A stretch of DNA of 64,000 nt from Hamiltosporidium tvaerminnensis FI-OER-3-3 (Eukaryota > Fungi > Microsporidia): contig JAKIMF020000001.1 of assembly GCA_022605425.2 (NCBI GenBank), positions 1,550,001-1,614,000 of the forward strand. Direction: 5' to 3'. This document shows, piece after piece, positions 12,492 through 26,700 of this stretch (positions are counted from its first letter, which is position 1; each line of letters opens with the position of its first letter). Both the position numbers and the translations under genes were made by a program. The notes beneath the pieces were generated by a model. That model saw only the letters and a list, made by a program, of their open reading frames with translations. It was not told where the DNA came from and did no database searches.

Positions 12492-13211
12492 ATAAAAGAT
12501 GGTCTTGAATTTAAATAAAATATTTTACCAAAAAATAAAATCAAGTCAACTAGAATATATTGGATTTGGTATAAAATAAAATATCAATGAGTGAAATTTT
12601 ATAATCATACGCGATTGTAAATATTATATCGACACATTTTTAAATCAAGATGTGCAATTTTTTTACTTTTGTAATACCACCGCAATTCTTTAGTCATATA
12701 GAGATAAAAACATATGAGACTGTTTAAAATTCTTGTATGGCAAATAATTTCTATGTTGAAACTAAAATTTCCTAAGACCAATAATATATTACTCTTGATG
12801 TTTTATAAATAAAAAAAACAGGCCAAAAACTATTCTTAATACATTGGAATATTTATAACTTTTTTTATTTTGCCAGTATTTGAATCCCAGATAAATAAAG
12901 AATGGAATCGACAATTTATGTTGATTCGTCTCATAGAAGTTATAAAAAGAATTGATATTTTAATATAATTCACATAAAAAAATGAATAGTAAGGTGTTTA
13001 CCAAGAACCTAAAAAGGGAAAATTAGGTTCAAAATACAAAAACCAACCCAAGAGTTTTATATTAGTTATAATTTAAAAAATTAAGAATGAAAAATATTGG
13101 ATTTAAAATAAACCAAAAATCAGATGCTGTGATTCACGCTAATATATGACATCTTAAAAAAAGCGTAAAATATTTTTTGTATTTATTGATCCGTAATAGA
13201 AAATTCATATG

Positions 13212-14968
13212 CTCCCTCTGTCCGGAAATATGGTATACATTTTAGCGATTTTTGTTGTCCGGAAATATGGTATACATTTGCGAAAAAACAAAATAAATCA
13301 AAAAATGTACATGACAAGTTTATTATATTACCGTTATTTGAAACATTTTAATAAATATTAATTAATATAAATATTTAATAAAAGTTAAAAAAACAAAATT
13401 AATATTAATAAGTTCACTCGTAATTTTATTTGGATTTATTGTCTGCTTCTTTCAAGATACATATTTTTCTAACAGTTGAACTTAGAGACGAAGTTTTCCT
13501 TTACTTAAATGAGGTATTTTATAGCCATTTCCTCCATCTGCTAACATAATTGACTCCATACATGCTGCAATGTTGTAAAAACGTTATCGATAGTATTCGC
13601 TTCTAATAGATGAAATGCATCTTGAACACAATATATTAATTCGTCAATTGTGTGAGGCGAAGCTTGATGTTGCAGCGATTGTATGGAGTAGAAAAAACCT
13701 ATAAGGGGAACATTTAATCGAGGCTATTTGCTGGTTGCGCCTTAAATTTAATATTCCGGTGATCCGCAGAACCAAGAGCGACAATATCTGCATCATTATC
13801 AGAAAAATGGGGTTTTGCATTGTCTTGTTGTACGCACATTGTTTTCTTTTTGTATGCTGGCGGAAATTTAGATTTAATTGCGGGAATTACATTCTCAATG
13901 ATCATGTTTTTGCAATGTACTGCTGTAACAGATTCCACATTTTTTGCTATCATTGTCTCTTTAGCCCTGTTATTAGAATTTCTTTGACCTGGTTCTTGAT
14001 AAACAAATAGCAATATTCCAATTTTCCCATCAAAATAAAGCTTTCGATGTGAATCATAGCGTGGTCGAGCTACTGCAGCCATAAACATTATTTTCGTAAT
14101 AAATCGCTTACTTTTGCAGTTTCTCTCCGGTTCTTCTTCGTTTAACATTAATTAATAAGAGCGCTAACTTTAGTTAGATAAAACCACTTTTCATCAACGT
14201 GAACGTAGTCGTACAAATCATCAAAAATCAAATCTCCATTATTAGCAAGATTTACTTTAGACAAGCAAAATTTCAATCTGTCCATTTTATTTTTATCTGT
14301 TAAAGTTGGTTTAACTGTAGAAGATATTCTCTTGATATACTTTTCCAACTTGAATATATCAAACCAAGTTGATTTTGGAATATCAATTGCAAAGGAAAGA
14401 CTGCGGGGCGTTCCTCGACGATTTAATGGTGTATTCTTTATTTGCGCTAAATTGTTCAAATATTCTTTAGGTTTTCTTCCGCATCTTTTTTTCTTTTTTG
14501 AAGAAACATCGGCATATATCTTGCCCTTTCTGTATTGAGTTTGTGCTGCATGCCAAATTCTGCTAACGGTTAGCCGGGAAACTTGAAAGGCATAAGAAAC
14601 TTTGTTGATGGCACCGTGTTTTAACTTATTCTCCTTCATCTGCTGTAATAATTTTTCTAAAATACCTTGACGTTGTTCTTTAGTTAACTGTTTATATTTT
14701 GAATCTCTTTTTTCTAAATTTAACAAATTTCCTTCCACATTTTCCATATTCGTCTTGCAGCGGTACTAATTTTATTTACCTCAAGAAACACTGATGTTTG
14801 AGCGGTAACTTTTTAACTAAGAATGATATCACTAAAGTTAAATATTTTTGGTTATATTGTCATGAATATTTAGTATGACAAGTTCAAGACGGTTGCCTAT
14901 TTATTTTTTATATTCACGATAATCTATGGTTTTTTTGAAATGTATACCATATTATCGGACAGAGGGAG
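13212..14968 (-). mobile_element. Full-length mariner-like DNA transposon, DD39D (plant/Stowaway-type) family
   Basis: TIRs CTCCCTCTGTCCGGAAATATGGTATACATTT (from 13212) and AAATGTATACCATATTATCGGACAGAGGGAG (to 14968). Flanks are TG/TA (decayed TA TSD). An extra copy of the TIR core lies at 13256-13279. Confidence 0.92.
13430..14747 (-). pseudogene. DD39D mariner transposase, frameshifted into three or more pieces
   Basis: Motifs VHVDEKWFY, MFMAAVARPRYD, FDGKIG, QQDNAKPH and QPANS(L)D. After a shift it continues GFFYSIQSLQ...DGGNGYKIPH. Frame breaks near 14150, 13715 and 13560. Confidence 0.9.
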
Positions 14969-16005
14969 TACTTTACATAGAAAACTTCTATTCAATCTAA
15001 TATTTGATTTAATAATATAATTTATACTTTATTTAATTTTTTTTTGTTGCTTATATATTTTTTAAAATCTAAAAAGATAAATTTAAAGTTGCTATATAGA
15101 TGTTATCTCAACTTAACTAAATAGTTAAGTTTAGTATAAAACAAGAAATAAATTACTATTAAAGGATATTCTTTTCTAGTATCATTCATAGTATAATTTA
15201 TTAAATTAAACCATCTTTACACGTTAGCTTTGAATAATTTCTAATAAAGAATTTTAACTCATCACTTACATTCATGCTAAAATTTACTACATTGAACGCT
15301 TTTTACACGTCTAAAGAAAATGATTATGAATATTTTCGCCTGGTTTTCCTATCAAATACAATTTATGAGACCAAGAAAAGCCTTTGTTTACATTTATCTT
15401 AATATTTAAATTCGTAGTTAAAATTATTAAAGACACATTAGTGAGTTCTCACATTATCAAAGATGCAATACCCAATTAAACAGGGGAACTTATTTCTGTT
15501 TTATTGCGATTTTTTTGGTTTTTTATCAACATTATTTCTTTTCAATTCGTTTGTTTTTCAAAGTATATTCTATTGTCAGAGAAAACTTAAGATTTTAATT
15601 TTTTAAAAAAAAATCACTAGCTTGCAATATATTTGTGTGTTTAAAGAATTTTTTTCAACCAAACTGTCTTTTTATATTATAAACATTGTTTTATTTATTT
15701 TAGTTAAGAGCTAAACGAAGTTTAACATTTAAAAAACATTTAATTTATTTATATTTAGAAAATCACTGCCACTTTAATTTTTGTTGTTGTAATGAGACTG
15801 TAAAAATATTTTTTTATTCAAGAAATAAAAATTTAAAGCAAATAGAAATTTTGCTTTGGAAAAGAAAAACATAATTTGTTCTAAGGAGAAAAATGAACAA
15901 GCAACAAATGTATGGCAACTAAAATGTAAATCTTTGAATGGAAAACGTGATTATTTTCTATAAAAAATAATATATAAACTATAAATAAATAACCCCTTAA
16001 CACAA

Positions 16006-16710
16006 ATGTTTTTCGATTTTTTTAGGAGAAATCGAGATATGTATTCCTGGAAATTATCACCAAAGACATTTGAAAAAGGTAATAAAAACAATTATGGAGG
16101 TAAAGTGTTGTTACCACAACTTGTATTGGAAGATCTTGTTACGTCTCAAATATTACCTCCATATACATTTGAAATTTCACACAACGATGGTGTCTTTCTT
16201 ACTCATTGTGGTGTTTTGGAATTTACAAGTCATCACGAAACAATTACTGTTCCTGAGTGGATGTATCAACAACTTTGTATGGATGAAACACTCCAAGTTG
16301 TAATTAAATACAAATTTATAAGTGTCGGAACTTTTGTCAAATTATTACCACACAGTGTAAATTTTTTAGAAATTGAATCACCTAAAATAGAACTTGAAAA
16401 ATGTTTAAGAAATTATCAAGTTTTAACACAAGGAGATGAAATATTATGCGATTTTGAAGAATTTGGCGATATTAGATTTACTGTTACTAGTGTCGGACCA
16501 GCAGGTGATGCTATTTATATAGTTGATACGGACCTAAGTGTAGATTTCCAGCCGCCTATTGGATACGCAGAAAAATTGGAAAATGAACGAACAGTCATGA
16601 AATATGTTGAGATAGTAGAATCTGAGAATGGAATAAAATATGTAAAAATGAAAAAATTAGGACTTTGTTTAGATTTTGGAGAAATTGAAACAAAGACACC
16701 TAAAAAATAG
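16006..16710 (+). CDS. UFD1: Ubiquitin fusion degradation protein 1
   Basis: Motifs NYGGKVLLP, THCGVLEF, PEWM and LRNYQVLTQGD. CCCC lies ~10 nt upstream of the ATG. Confidence 0.95.
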   Translation: MFFDFFRRNRDMYSWKLSPKTFEKGNKNNYGGKVLLPQLVLEDLVTSQILPPYTFEISHNDGVFLTHCGVLEFTSHHETITVPEWMYQQLCMDETLQVVIKYKFISVGTFVKLLPHSVNFLEIESPKIELEKCLRNYQVLTQGDEILCDFEEFGDIRFTVTSVGPAGDAIYIVDTDLSVDFQPPIGYAEKLENERTVMKYVEIVESENGIKYVKMKKLGLCLDFGEIETKTPKK

Positions 16711-17339
16711 AAATTAAAAAATTTAAAATATTTTTTCATATAATTTTGAATAAAAGATACATTTTAATTTTCAGAAAGTCAAATTTTTAAATAAAATCCA
16801 AGTAAAACTTTATTTTAAAATTTTTATCATAACTAGTACAATGACAGTCTTTTCTAATTCTGTAAAGAAAAGAATAAAAGAAAAAAATAACAGTGAATGT
16901 TTAAAAAATGAAAAACTAAATTCTGTAAACAACTCGAAAAAAAAAATTCATGAGATTAAATCAGGTAACACAGATTCGATATCAAAACGCGAAAAAACAC
17001 TATCTCCTATGGCTATCATAAAATTATCTAATTACGACCTGAAATACTTGTTAGTGAGTAAAAGTCTTAGTCTGAAACCATATATTCGTATTCCTTACTC
17101 GATTCATCTGCGTTTGGATCACCAACTGCATAAAAAATCTCAATACAACTGCTATATAGATAGAAACTAACTGGTAGTATTACATTTAAATCTTGACTCA
17201 CTCTAGGCTGCTGAGCAAGAATGACCCCAATCTTGCCCGTCTGGATGAGCCGAAGAGATTTAAAATCATGACTATAAATTCTAGTCTAAAATAAAAAGTG
17301 CTATAATTAAAGATTTAGGTATACTTTTGATATCGATGT

Positions 17340-20300
17340 GTTAAAAATATCAATAAAAAATGAGGCAGAAAAAGAAATGTGACTAAAGAAGCATAAATTT
17401 CAAATAATACCGCCTTCTGTCTCACTAATTTATGTTATTAGATGATACTGAACTCTATATTAACCCGAGAGAGAAGAACTTGTGTAAAATCAATAAACTA
17501 TTGTAGAAAAAAATCGAAGATATAGTGGTCGAACTCGAGAGTTCGAAGAGGATTGGTTGGGATAAAATTTTTGGGTCTTATTAATCGAATCCTTTGTAAA
17601 TATGCCAAATCTCTATACTTAGACTGCTACAGATGCAGATTAAACTCTCTAGATGGCTGAGGCATTCTATGAAGAAGTACCACATAAAACCGACCCCAGA
17701 TCTATTTAGATGAAAAACATAGAGAAAATTAGAAATACTATCCCAAACCCTTTATTGAGAAGACTCATAGGCAGGATAATCTCCTTTTCAGAAGCAAAAA
17801 GCCTAAATAAAACAAGTGAGAATTTTATTTCATATTTTGCGGTATAACTAATCTTTCTTAGGCGAAGGTTATTAAGAATGTTTCTTTGAATGCTTACAGA
17901 AAAAAATTATGAGGTATGAAAGTTGAAAGTATCCTAAAAAGGATTATATATTTGGCTGTGGTAAAGTCGATTTCATCTGAGTTACCTAAGCGTGTTTTAT
18001 TCGAGCATGTGGTTTAATTTGATGAAATTGTGAGTTTTTGGTCTACAAGGTTAAAAAAATGATGACACAGTCACATATATTATTATTCTATTTGTATCAG
18101 ATAATACTCCGAAAATGGTTCCTTAGCTTTATAAATTTACTACTATCATTAATTGGCTTCTCAATTGAAAATCTGCTCGAATTGATGATATTTATACTTA
18201 AATTATCATAAAGCTTGCGATTCTTTGCAAGTATCTTTATGATATTTAAGCATTTTTATGTTTAGAAGGTGCTCGAAAGCTATTGGATTTACCCAGTTAC
18301 ATATTCGATCTGGAAGAAAATCAAAGAGAAACTCCGAAACAGATCAATTGCTCATATGTATAACCTCTATAAATCAACGAAAAATTTTTACGAAAGTCGT
18401 TTATTTTAAGTGAAGAGACGAGCGTATCTTACAGATAACGAATAAGGAGTGGTGAAAAATTTACTTGAGCGAAAGAGCGCGCTTTATGAAATCTTGCATT
18501 AATAAACTATTTTAAATAATTTAGGGCTACTTAATCTATATTAAAAAAGCTTTTAATCCAATGAACAATGATTTTTGAGATAATGCTTCGAAAAAAATAA
18601 TTTACCTAATTGAATCCTGAAATTTTGCAAAGCAATGATATCTTAATAAAATACTGAAAGTTCAGAAAGACCAGAAAAGTCATGATCAAGAAGATCGAGC
18701 AACATATAATGCTGGAGATAGTTTTTGCTCTTTATTTTGGGTAGTTTCTATAGTTCATTTGGCAGGAAACTTCACGAGAAGCACACTAAAGCGACAACAT
18801 ATATGATTCAGGTTCTAAAAATCCCAAGCATCTCTTCTCTATGGAATATCTTAAGGTTTCGCAGCAGAAATTATACATTGGAAGCTATATAAACGAGAGC
18901 TAAAAAAATTCCAAGGGTTATTTGATTAGGGATAAGTAAAGAGAAGTCATCTATGAATAATTTGTGCTGCAAGATACTGCATCTGTTTTAGAAGGCATCG
19001 GTATTCATAATACTCGAGAGGACCAGAAAATAGTTGAGGTAATCCGGCATGTAATTCATTGCTGAGGTACAAATCAAACAATACCAAGAATTAAAAGATT
19101 TTATACACTGTTTGGACCTTAAAAAATTTAATTTTGCAAACAATAAATCGTTATATCGTTGATTTAGTATCACATAGAGGTAACTCGACTTGACTCGGTT
19201 AATTTTTATAAGTGAAATAATGCAGTGCGTGAGTGTTGGCAAGAAATAAGGTCATATCTTTGCCTAGAGTGTAAACTGCGCCTTTATCTTTCTAGAACAG
19301 AACCTGAAAGAAACTCATGGTTTGAAGTTGCGAAGCAGACTATGATTCTATAATTCTTGATTGTTGGAAAAAAAATTTAAGAAATATCAACTTGAAGACC
19401 TGCAATTCTAAAGTTTAATACTCCCACTCATATCCATCTTGTTGTTATAAAAATTTTCTGGAAAGGAAAATGTACTTGAAAAGAAAAGGTCATAAAAATA
19501 ATTTAGATGTAGCTCAACTTGCAGAATTATATGGCAAAATAGAAAAACGAAGATTTCACTCAAAGTTATATAGTATTGAAAAAAAAGAGGTAAATGTTAG
19601 TGACTCTACAAGATGGCTAAAATAACGAAACATTGGGCTACGATATGAAGCACTATTCGACTATATTCCGGATAAAAATGTATTCTAAGAGGCATAACTT
19701 TTGTGCCCACACTGTAATAAATCTAGTAAAACAGTTCATTACACAGCGCAATGTAAGAAAATGTTTGGTTATGCCCATACCGGACGGCATAAAGAAGTGA
19801 TTAGATATACCCACCTTCTCTTTCTAAATAGATATAAATTCAAGTAATCAAAATAAATTAGGAGTCATTCTGTTCAAGAAATTCTTAAAAACGAGTAGGA
19901 AGAAATAAAAGTAGACACCAGAACAAAAACAGATGTAAAGTATAGGAATATTAACCTGAAATATTTGTCCATGATAAGCGTAAAAAAAAATAAAACACAC
20001 AGAACTAGAAATTACACCGAAAAATTTACTGTAAATTGTTTAAACTAAGAAACTTAAAAAGTAGGAAGCATTAACAAATGAGTTGAGTCTTGTTTATAGG
20101 TGAAATGTTAGGATAATTTATAATTCGATTTTGGGGTGGTATTCTGCAAAATATTGTGAAATTTATATTGTGAAAAACTAAAAATAGCCATGAATATAAA
20201 GGCACGTTCAGTCGTTTAAAAACGACTGCCTAAACGATATATTTTTTCAACAAAAATGACTGAACCAACATCGGATCTCGAGGATAGTGAGGATAAAGCA

Positions 20301-20540
20301 TCAATGGCTATTATTAAAGCAACAGAAATGCATGAGGAACCAATAACGATTTTAATACAAAATAGTACCAATCAAGATGATATTAATCAAGTAAAAATAA
20401 AAAAATATTTTATTTCTTACATTTAATAATGTAATTACAATAAAGAGAGCGACTATTACCGTAAATAAAATTTCGTATTTCGAAGAAGTATAGGGGTTTA
20501 AGCGGTAGAAACAACATTTATATAATAGGAAAAAATTTCA
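17340..20540 (+). mobile_element. Highly degenerate R4/Dong-like non-LTR retrotransposon copy
   Basis: Colinear nucleotide similarity to 53186-56990, e.g. gatgacacagtcac, gttagtgactctacaagatggcta, ggagtcattctgttcaagaaattctt, gtagacaccagaacaaaaacagatgt, atgcatgaggaaccaa. No intact ORF. Confidence 0.85.
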
Positions 20541-20773
20541 TAACGCTTATTTTAATTAAATAACTATGAATTAAAGATTTTATATTAAAATTAAATATTA
20601 TCGCCTGGATATCGATTGTAATAGTTAATAGCTAATATTTACACCTATGTTTCCGCCATAAAAATTATTATAAAATTATGCTTTAAACTTGCTTAACGCA
20701 TTTGTTATATAATATAAACCATTAAAATATTTTTTAATTTTTTTTTTATAAAAATTTGAAAAAAAATTAAATT

Positions 20774-23700
20774 ATGCAAAGGGCAAACGAAAATTCCTTA
20801 GAAGAGCAATTTGGATTCTTAAGTTATCACGACTTTGAAGAAAGGAATGGCTGGTTGTTAAACTATGTAGTAACGCAAGACATAGATACATCCTCACGTG
20901 TAAAATTTTATTTTGTAGACGCACAAAAACAAAACTTTTCGATTTCGATTCCGTTTTTTCCATCTTTGATATTAGAAACCGATGAAATAAATTTTCTAGA
21001 AGAATATTTAAGAAAGAAATATGAAGGAGAAATAGAATGCACCGAAATTATATCAAGAATGGATATTAACATATATAACCATTTATCTTTAAAACCTGGT
21101 AATTATCTTAGAATTTATTTTAAAAATGAAATTTTTTTTTCAAAAGCTGTAAAGGATTTAAAAAAAATAATTTCGAAAAACAAAGTTTTGCATAAACACG
21201 AAACAATTTATGAAGATTTTTCATTTTTCAAAAGTGAAAGTCAAAATATGAACATAAATTGCAACATAAAAGAAATTTATGAATATGATATTCCATACGA
21301 GGTTGTTATTTCAGTAGAACTAAATATTAAATGTGGTTCCTGGTATGAAATTAAGTATGAAGGAGAAAAATACATAATAAATCCACTTTTATACGAAGTA
21401 CCACCGGAACTTAGAATATTTGCATTCGATATAGAAACAACAAAACAACCATTAAAATTTCCAAATGCTGAAATAGATGAAGTAATGATGATTTCAATAC
21501 TTACTTCAAACACAGGTACTTTGATCGTAAATAGATTAATTGTCTCAGAAGATATTTCTGATTTCGAGTATTCACCAAAAGAAGATATGAAAAGCGAATT
21601 TAAAATTTATAATGAAATGAATGAAGAAGCACTCTTATTAAGATTTTACGAAATTATTCAAGATTATAAACCACATGTTATTACAACTTACAATGGAAAC
21701 GTTTTTGATTTTCCTTTCATTTTTAAAAGATCTTTGAAATATGATTTGAATATGGGAGATATTATAGGATTTAATCAAACCAGAGAAAATTTTGTTTGTA
21801 ATTTTATTGTTCACTTGGATTGTTACAAATGGGTAAAAAGAGATTCATATTTACCGATTGGAAGCCAAGGCCTCAAGAGTGTTGCTAAGGCAAAATTAAA
21901 TTATTTTCCTGATGAAATGGATCCTGAATTAATGATGTTTTCTGCCAAAAACGAACCACAAAAACTTGCATCGTATTCTGTTTCAGATGCAGTTGCAACA
22001 TTTTATTTATATTTAAAATATGTTCATCCATTTATATTTTCCCTATCAACACTTATTCCATTACCACCTCACGATGTAATTGATAAAGGATCCGGTACAT
22101 TGTGTGAGTCTTTATTAATTGCAGAATGTATGAAAAATGAAATTTTAGTTCCACCGAAAAAGAACAGTGATGATATGTTATTTTACAAAGGATTTTTAGT
22201 AGAAACAATGACTTATGTTGGTGGACATGTAGAATGTCTAAAAGCTGGTATTTACAGATCAGATTTTGAATATGATTTTGTTTTAAAAACAAATTCAATA
22301 AACAAATTAATTGAACAATTAGAAATTATTTTAAAAGATTTTCGAAATGAAGAATTTTATGAAGAAGTAATTAAAAAAATCAAATATAAATTAACTGAGT
22401 ATATTATAAATGGAAATAAATCAAATGAAACTGCAGAAAATAATTTTAATCAAAGCAATAATAAAAATGTATTGGTAAATAAAATAAAATTAAGAGAAAA
22501 ACCATTAATATATCATCTTGATGTTGCTGCTATGTATCCAAACATAATATTAACTAATAGATTACAACCATATTCTATTGTAACTGATGAAAATTGTATG
22601 AGATGTGATTTTAATAATAAAAATAATTTGTGTAAAAGAGAGATGGATTGGGTTTTAAGAGTTGAATATTTAATAGCAAATAAAAAAGAAATAGAAATGT
22701 TGGAATTTCAACTTGAAAACGAATATTTTAAAATCGAAGAAAATATAAAACCGGTTATTTACAAAAATTTGCCACAAAAAAAGAAAAATGAAATATTAAA
22801 AGAACGAATAAAAAATTATTCTAAAAAAATTTATAATAAAATCTATAAATCAAATGTTGAAAACAAATCTTCTAGAGTTTGTCAGAGAGAAGTGTCATTT
22901 TATGTGGACACTGTAAGAAAATTTAGAGATCAAAGATATTTTTATAAAAAAAAATTTCAAAATGCAAAAACTGATTTAGAAAATGAAAAATCTGATGAAA
23001 AAAAAGAAATTTTAAGTAAAATGTTGGTTGTGTATGAATCTTTACAAATCGCTCATAAATGTATTTTAAATTCGTTTTATGGATATGTAATGAGAAAAGG
23101 TGCCAGATGGTATTCAATGGAAATGGCAGCTATTGTTTGTAATACAGGTGGTAGTATAATTAAAGAAGCTAGAAATTTTATTGAAGGTATTGGTATACCA
23201 TTGGAATTGGATACAGACGGTATTTGGTGTTTAATTCCAGAAAGTTTTCCTGATACTTTTTTAGTGAATAAAAATAAGAAAATTTCTTTTCTTTGCATTG
23301 TTCTGAATTATTTGATCAGTCAAAAATTTACAAATCAACAATATCAAGAGAAGATAATTACTAATGATTGTAATTCTGAACTAACGAGTGACAATAAAAG
23401 TTCTTTTATAAATACGGAGAATTTTCTCAGTTCAAACACTATTTTGAATTCCGATCAAAGAAAATTTCATATTAAAAATAAATACGAAATAAAACCGTAC
23501 AATTCTATTGAATTTGAAATTGATGTACCTTACAAAGCAATGGTATTGCCTTCATCCACAGAAGAAGGAAAACAAATCAAAAAAAGATATGTTGTTATTA
23601 ATATGAAAGATAAAATTTCAGAATTAAAAGGTTTTGAATCTAAACGAAGAGGGGAATTAAAAATTATTAAAAAATTTCAAGAAGAATTATTTAATTTGTT

Positions 23701-26700
23701 TACTAAAGGATCAAATTTACAGGAATGTTATAAAATTTTAGGAGATTGTTGCAATTATTGGTTGGGAATTATAAACACAAAAGGAAAATATTTATCTGAT
23801 GATGATATTTTTGAATTATTTGCTGAATCTAAAAATATGTCAAAGCGTTTAGAAAAATACGATGGAAGAAAAACTACAGCCACTTGTACAGCTAAAAGAT
23901 TGGGTGATTTGTTAGGTAATGAAATTTTGAATGAAAGTGGTTTGAAATGTGAATATGTGATAGCGAGATATCCTGAAAAGAAGCCAATTACTGATCGGGC
24001 AATTCCTGTAAATTTATTTTATTCAATTGAAGAAGTAAAAAATAAATATTTAAACCAGTGGCTTGGTATTCACACACCAATCGATATTAGAGATTTATTG
24101 GATTGGAATTATTATTTTGAGAGATTAGAAACGATAATGCAAAAAATTGTTGTAATACCCGCTTTTTTTCAAAATATCAGCAATCCGATTGATCAATTAA
24201 GAATTCCTAATTGGGTATTTAAAAATAAGAAAAATGAAAGTTTAAAAAAATTAAATTTTATTTGTGATTTAGAAGAAACCGTTAAAGATTATAGCATTAA
24301 AAAAGTAAAACATAAAACTTTAGAAGAAAATATAAATTTTAAAAACAAATCTCAAAACCAAGAATTTCACAACAAAGAATCACATAACAAGGAATCTTTA
24401 TTTAATATTCAAAAGGAAATTAATTGTAACAAAAATGAAAATTATTTAGATTTATTGAAAAAAGGATATTCGTTTTATATAAATTCTATTAAAAATTATT
24501 GGAAAGATGATTTTTTTAAAAAAAATGAAGAAAGAAAAGAATCAAATAATAAAACAAATATTTTAGGGATAGAAGTATTAGAGAATGGAACTGCTATACT
24601 TCATAAATCTATAAATGAAAATTATATTTCAGAAAAAATTTATCCAGAAAAAAAATTATTTATAAATCTTTTAGTAGAAAATATTGAAGATAAAAATTTT
24701 TCTATGGAGAAAGGAGATTATTACATTGATGATAGTTTATTCACAGTTCCTTTATATTGTTTAAAACTTCTTGAAAAAGATTATATTTTAAAGTTTAAAT
24801 TAATTTCTAATTTTTTTGATCATTTATGTGTAAAATCTGTTTATGAAGAAGATAGAGATATTATTTATAATATATATTCTGAATATGAAAATGAGGCAAA
24901 ATATTTTACTTCTTGTTTTGTTTTAAGTTTTCATTATTATGGGAAAGATTCTTTTATATTTTTAACTGAAAATAAAATTTATATTCTTTCAAAATCTGAA
25001 TATTTTTTGAAAAAAGGAATCAAAAATAAACTTTATGATGCTTTTAATGGATTTGAATCTTTAGATGATGAATTAAAAGTTTTTGAGTTAAGAAAAGAAG
25101 GTTATGATATTGAAAAAGAAAGCATTATAAATGCCAATAAAAATACAAATGAACAGAAAAATGAAAAACCTGAAATAGAGAATGACTCAGAAAAAGTAGG
25201 AATAAATCTTAAAGAAAATACAAATGAAAAACCTGAAATAGAGAATGATTCGGAAAAAGTAGGAATAAATCTTAAAGAAAATACAAATGAACAGAAAAAT
25301 GAAAATAATTTTGGAATAACAAACGAAAATGAAAATGAAAATGAACAGAAAAGTGAAAAACTTGAAATAGAAAATGAAAATCTAATAAATTTCAAAGAGG
25401 ATATAAAGGAACAAAATTCTGTAATATCAAATGATATGAAAAACCAAGGCCTAATAGCTCCTAACCTTATTTCTGATCAAGAAATTAGTGAAAAACCATG
25501 TAAGGAAATAAATGGAGGTGAGAATGTCACAACTTCTTCTAAAATTTTCTTCGAACAGAATGAACAAGAGACACTTAAAGAAGTGAATTATTTTAAGAAA
25601 AAAAGCGAAACTTTTGAATCAATTCATTTTAAAAATAAATTTGTTGAAATAATCACAGATTTGGATTTAAAAAAATTTATAACAAAATATTTTAAAAGAA
25701 AAACCTTATTTGTTATGAATTATAATGATTCAAATAGAAAATTACTTTCATCTTTATTAGAAAAAAGACATTTGATTTTCAAAATGAATTTGAAAAATAA
25801 TAATTTTTTAATGAATTCCTTTAATTCTATTTTAAATTGTAATTTAGAATTATTGAGATTAATGTGTTTAAAATACAGAAATATATTAGAAATATCATTT
25901 TATTCTAAAATCCCGGTGTTAAACATACCCATTAATTATAAAAATCACTCAACTTTTTCTTCTAATTCTTCAGATTTCAAAATATTAGACGATCAAATTA
26001 ATAAAGATAATTCTTTAGAATTAATAAATAATTTGAAAAATAATAATGAAGAACAAAAAATAGAAAATCTAAAAATAAATAATGAGGCGCATATTTTACA
26101 CGATGAAATTTCAAGTGAAATTTTAGATTTTATGTTTTATAAAGAAGCTATTAAAAATAATTTATTATTGACAAATGAAGAATATTTAGATTTGAGTGTT
26201 TTAAAAGATGAATATTATAATGAAGGTTATAATGGATCGTATTGTTATGAATTTGAATGTGTAGGTACATTGATTTTAAGTATTTTAGAAGCTGAAAAAT
26301 TTAAAAATGAAGATTTCTTTATTCAAAGCAAAGAATTTAATGTTTTTAGAAATTTTATAAAAAATATATTTAAAGACAGCGTTTTATACGGAAAAACCGG
26401 TAAAAATTCATCTAAAAGCATATTTAATAAGTCAAATGATGGATTAAAAAATGATTTAAAACTTACAAAAGATGAAATAAGTAATACAAAAGTATTTTGT
26501 GACAATAACAATTCAACAAAAGAAGATAATATTTGGTGTTTAATAAAAAAATTACAAGAATATTTCACGGAACCAAACAAAGATTATTTTTATAATGCAC
26601 CTGGTTATTTACTAGGGAAAATTCCCATTTGGGTAAAAAAAGAAACAAAATTGCTCTCAAAAAAATTCAGACAAAATCTAAAAATACTTCAACAAAAATA

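Noticed and set aside
16841-17170. 109-aa ORF between UFD1 and the degenerate R4 copy
   Set aside because: Low-complexity K/N/S start and no homology evident; probably spurious or TE-derived.
21277-26580. Antisense or alternate-frame ORFs within POL2, VPS53, ARC1, KAP95, RRP3, formin and the TEs
   Set aside because: These are shadow ORFs of real coding sequence, with no independent motifs.
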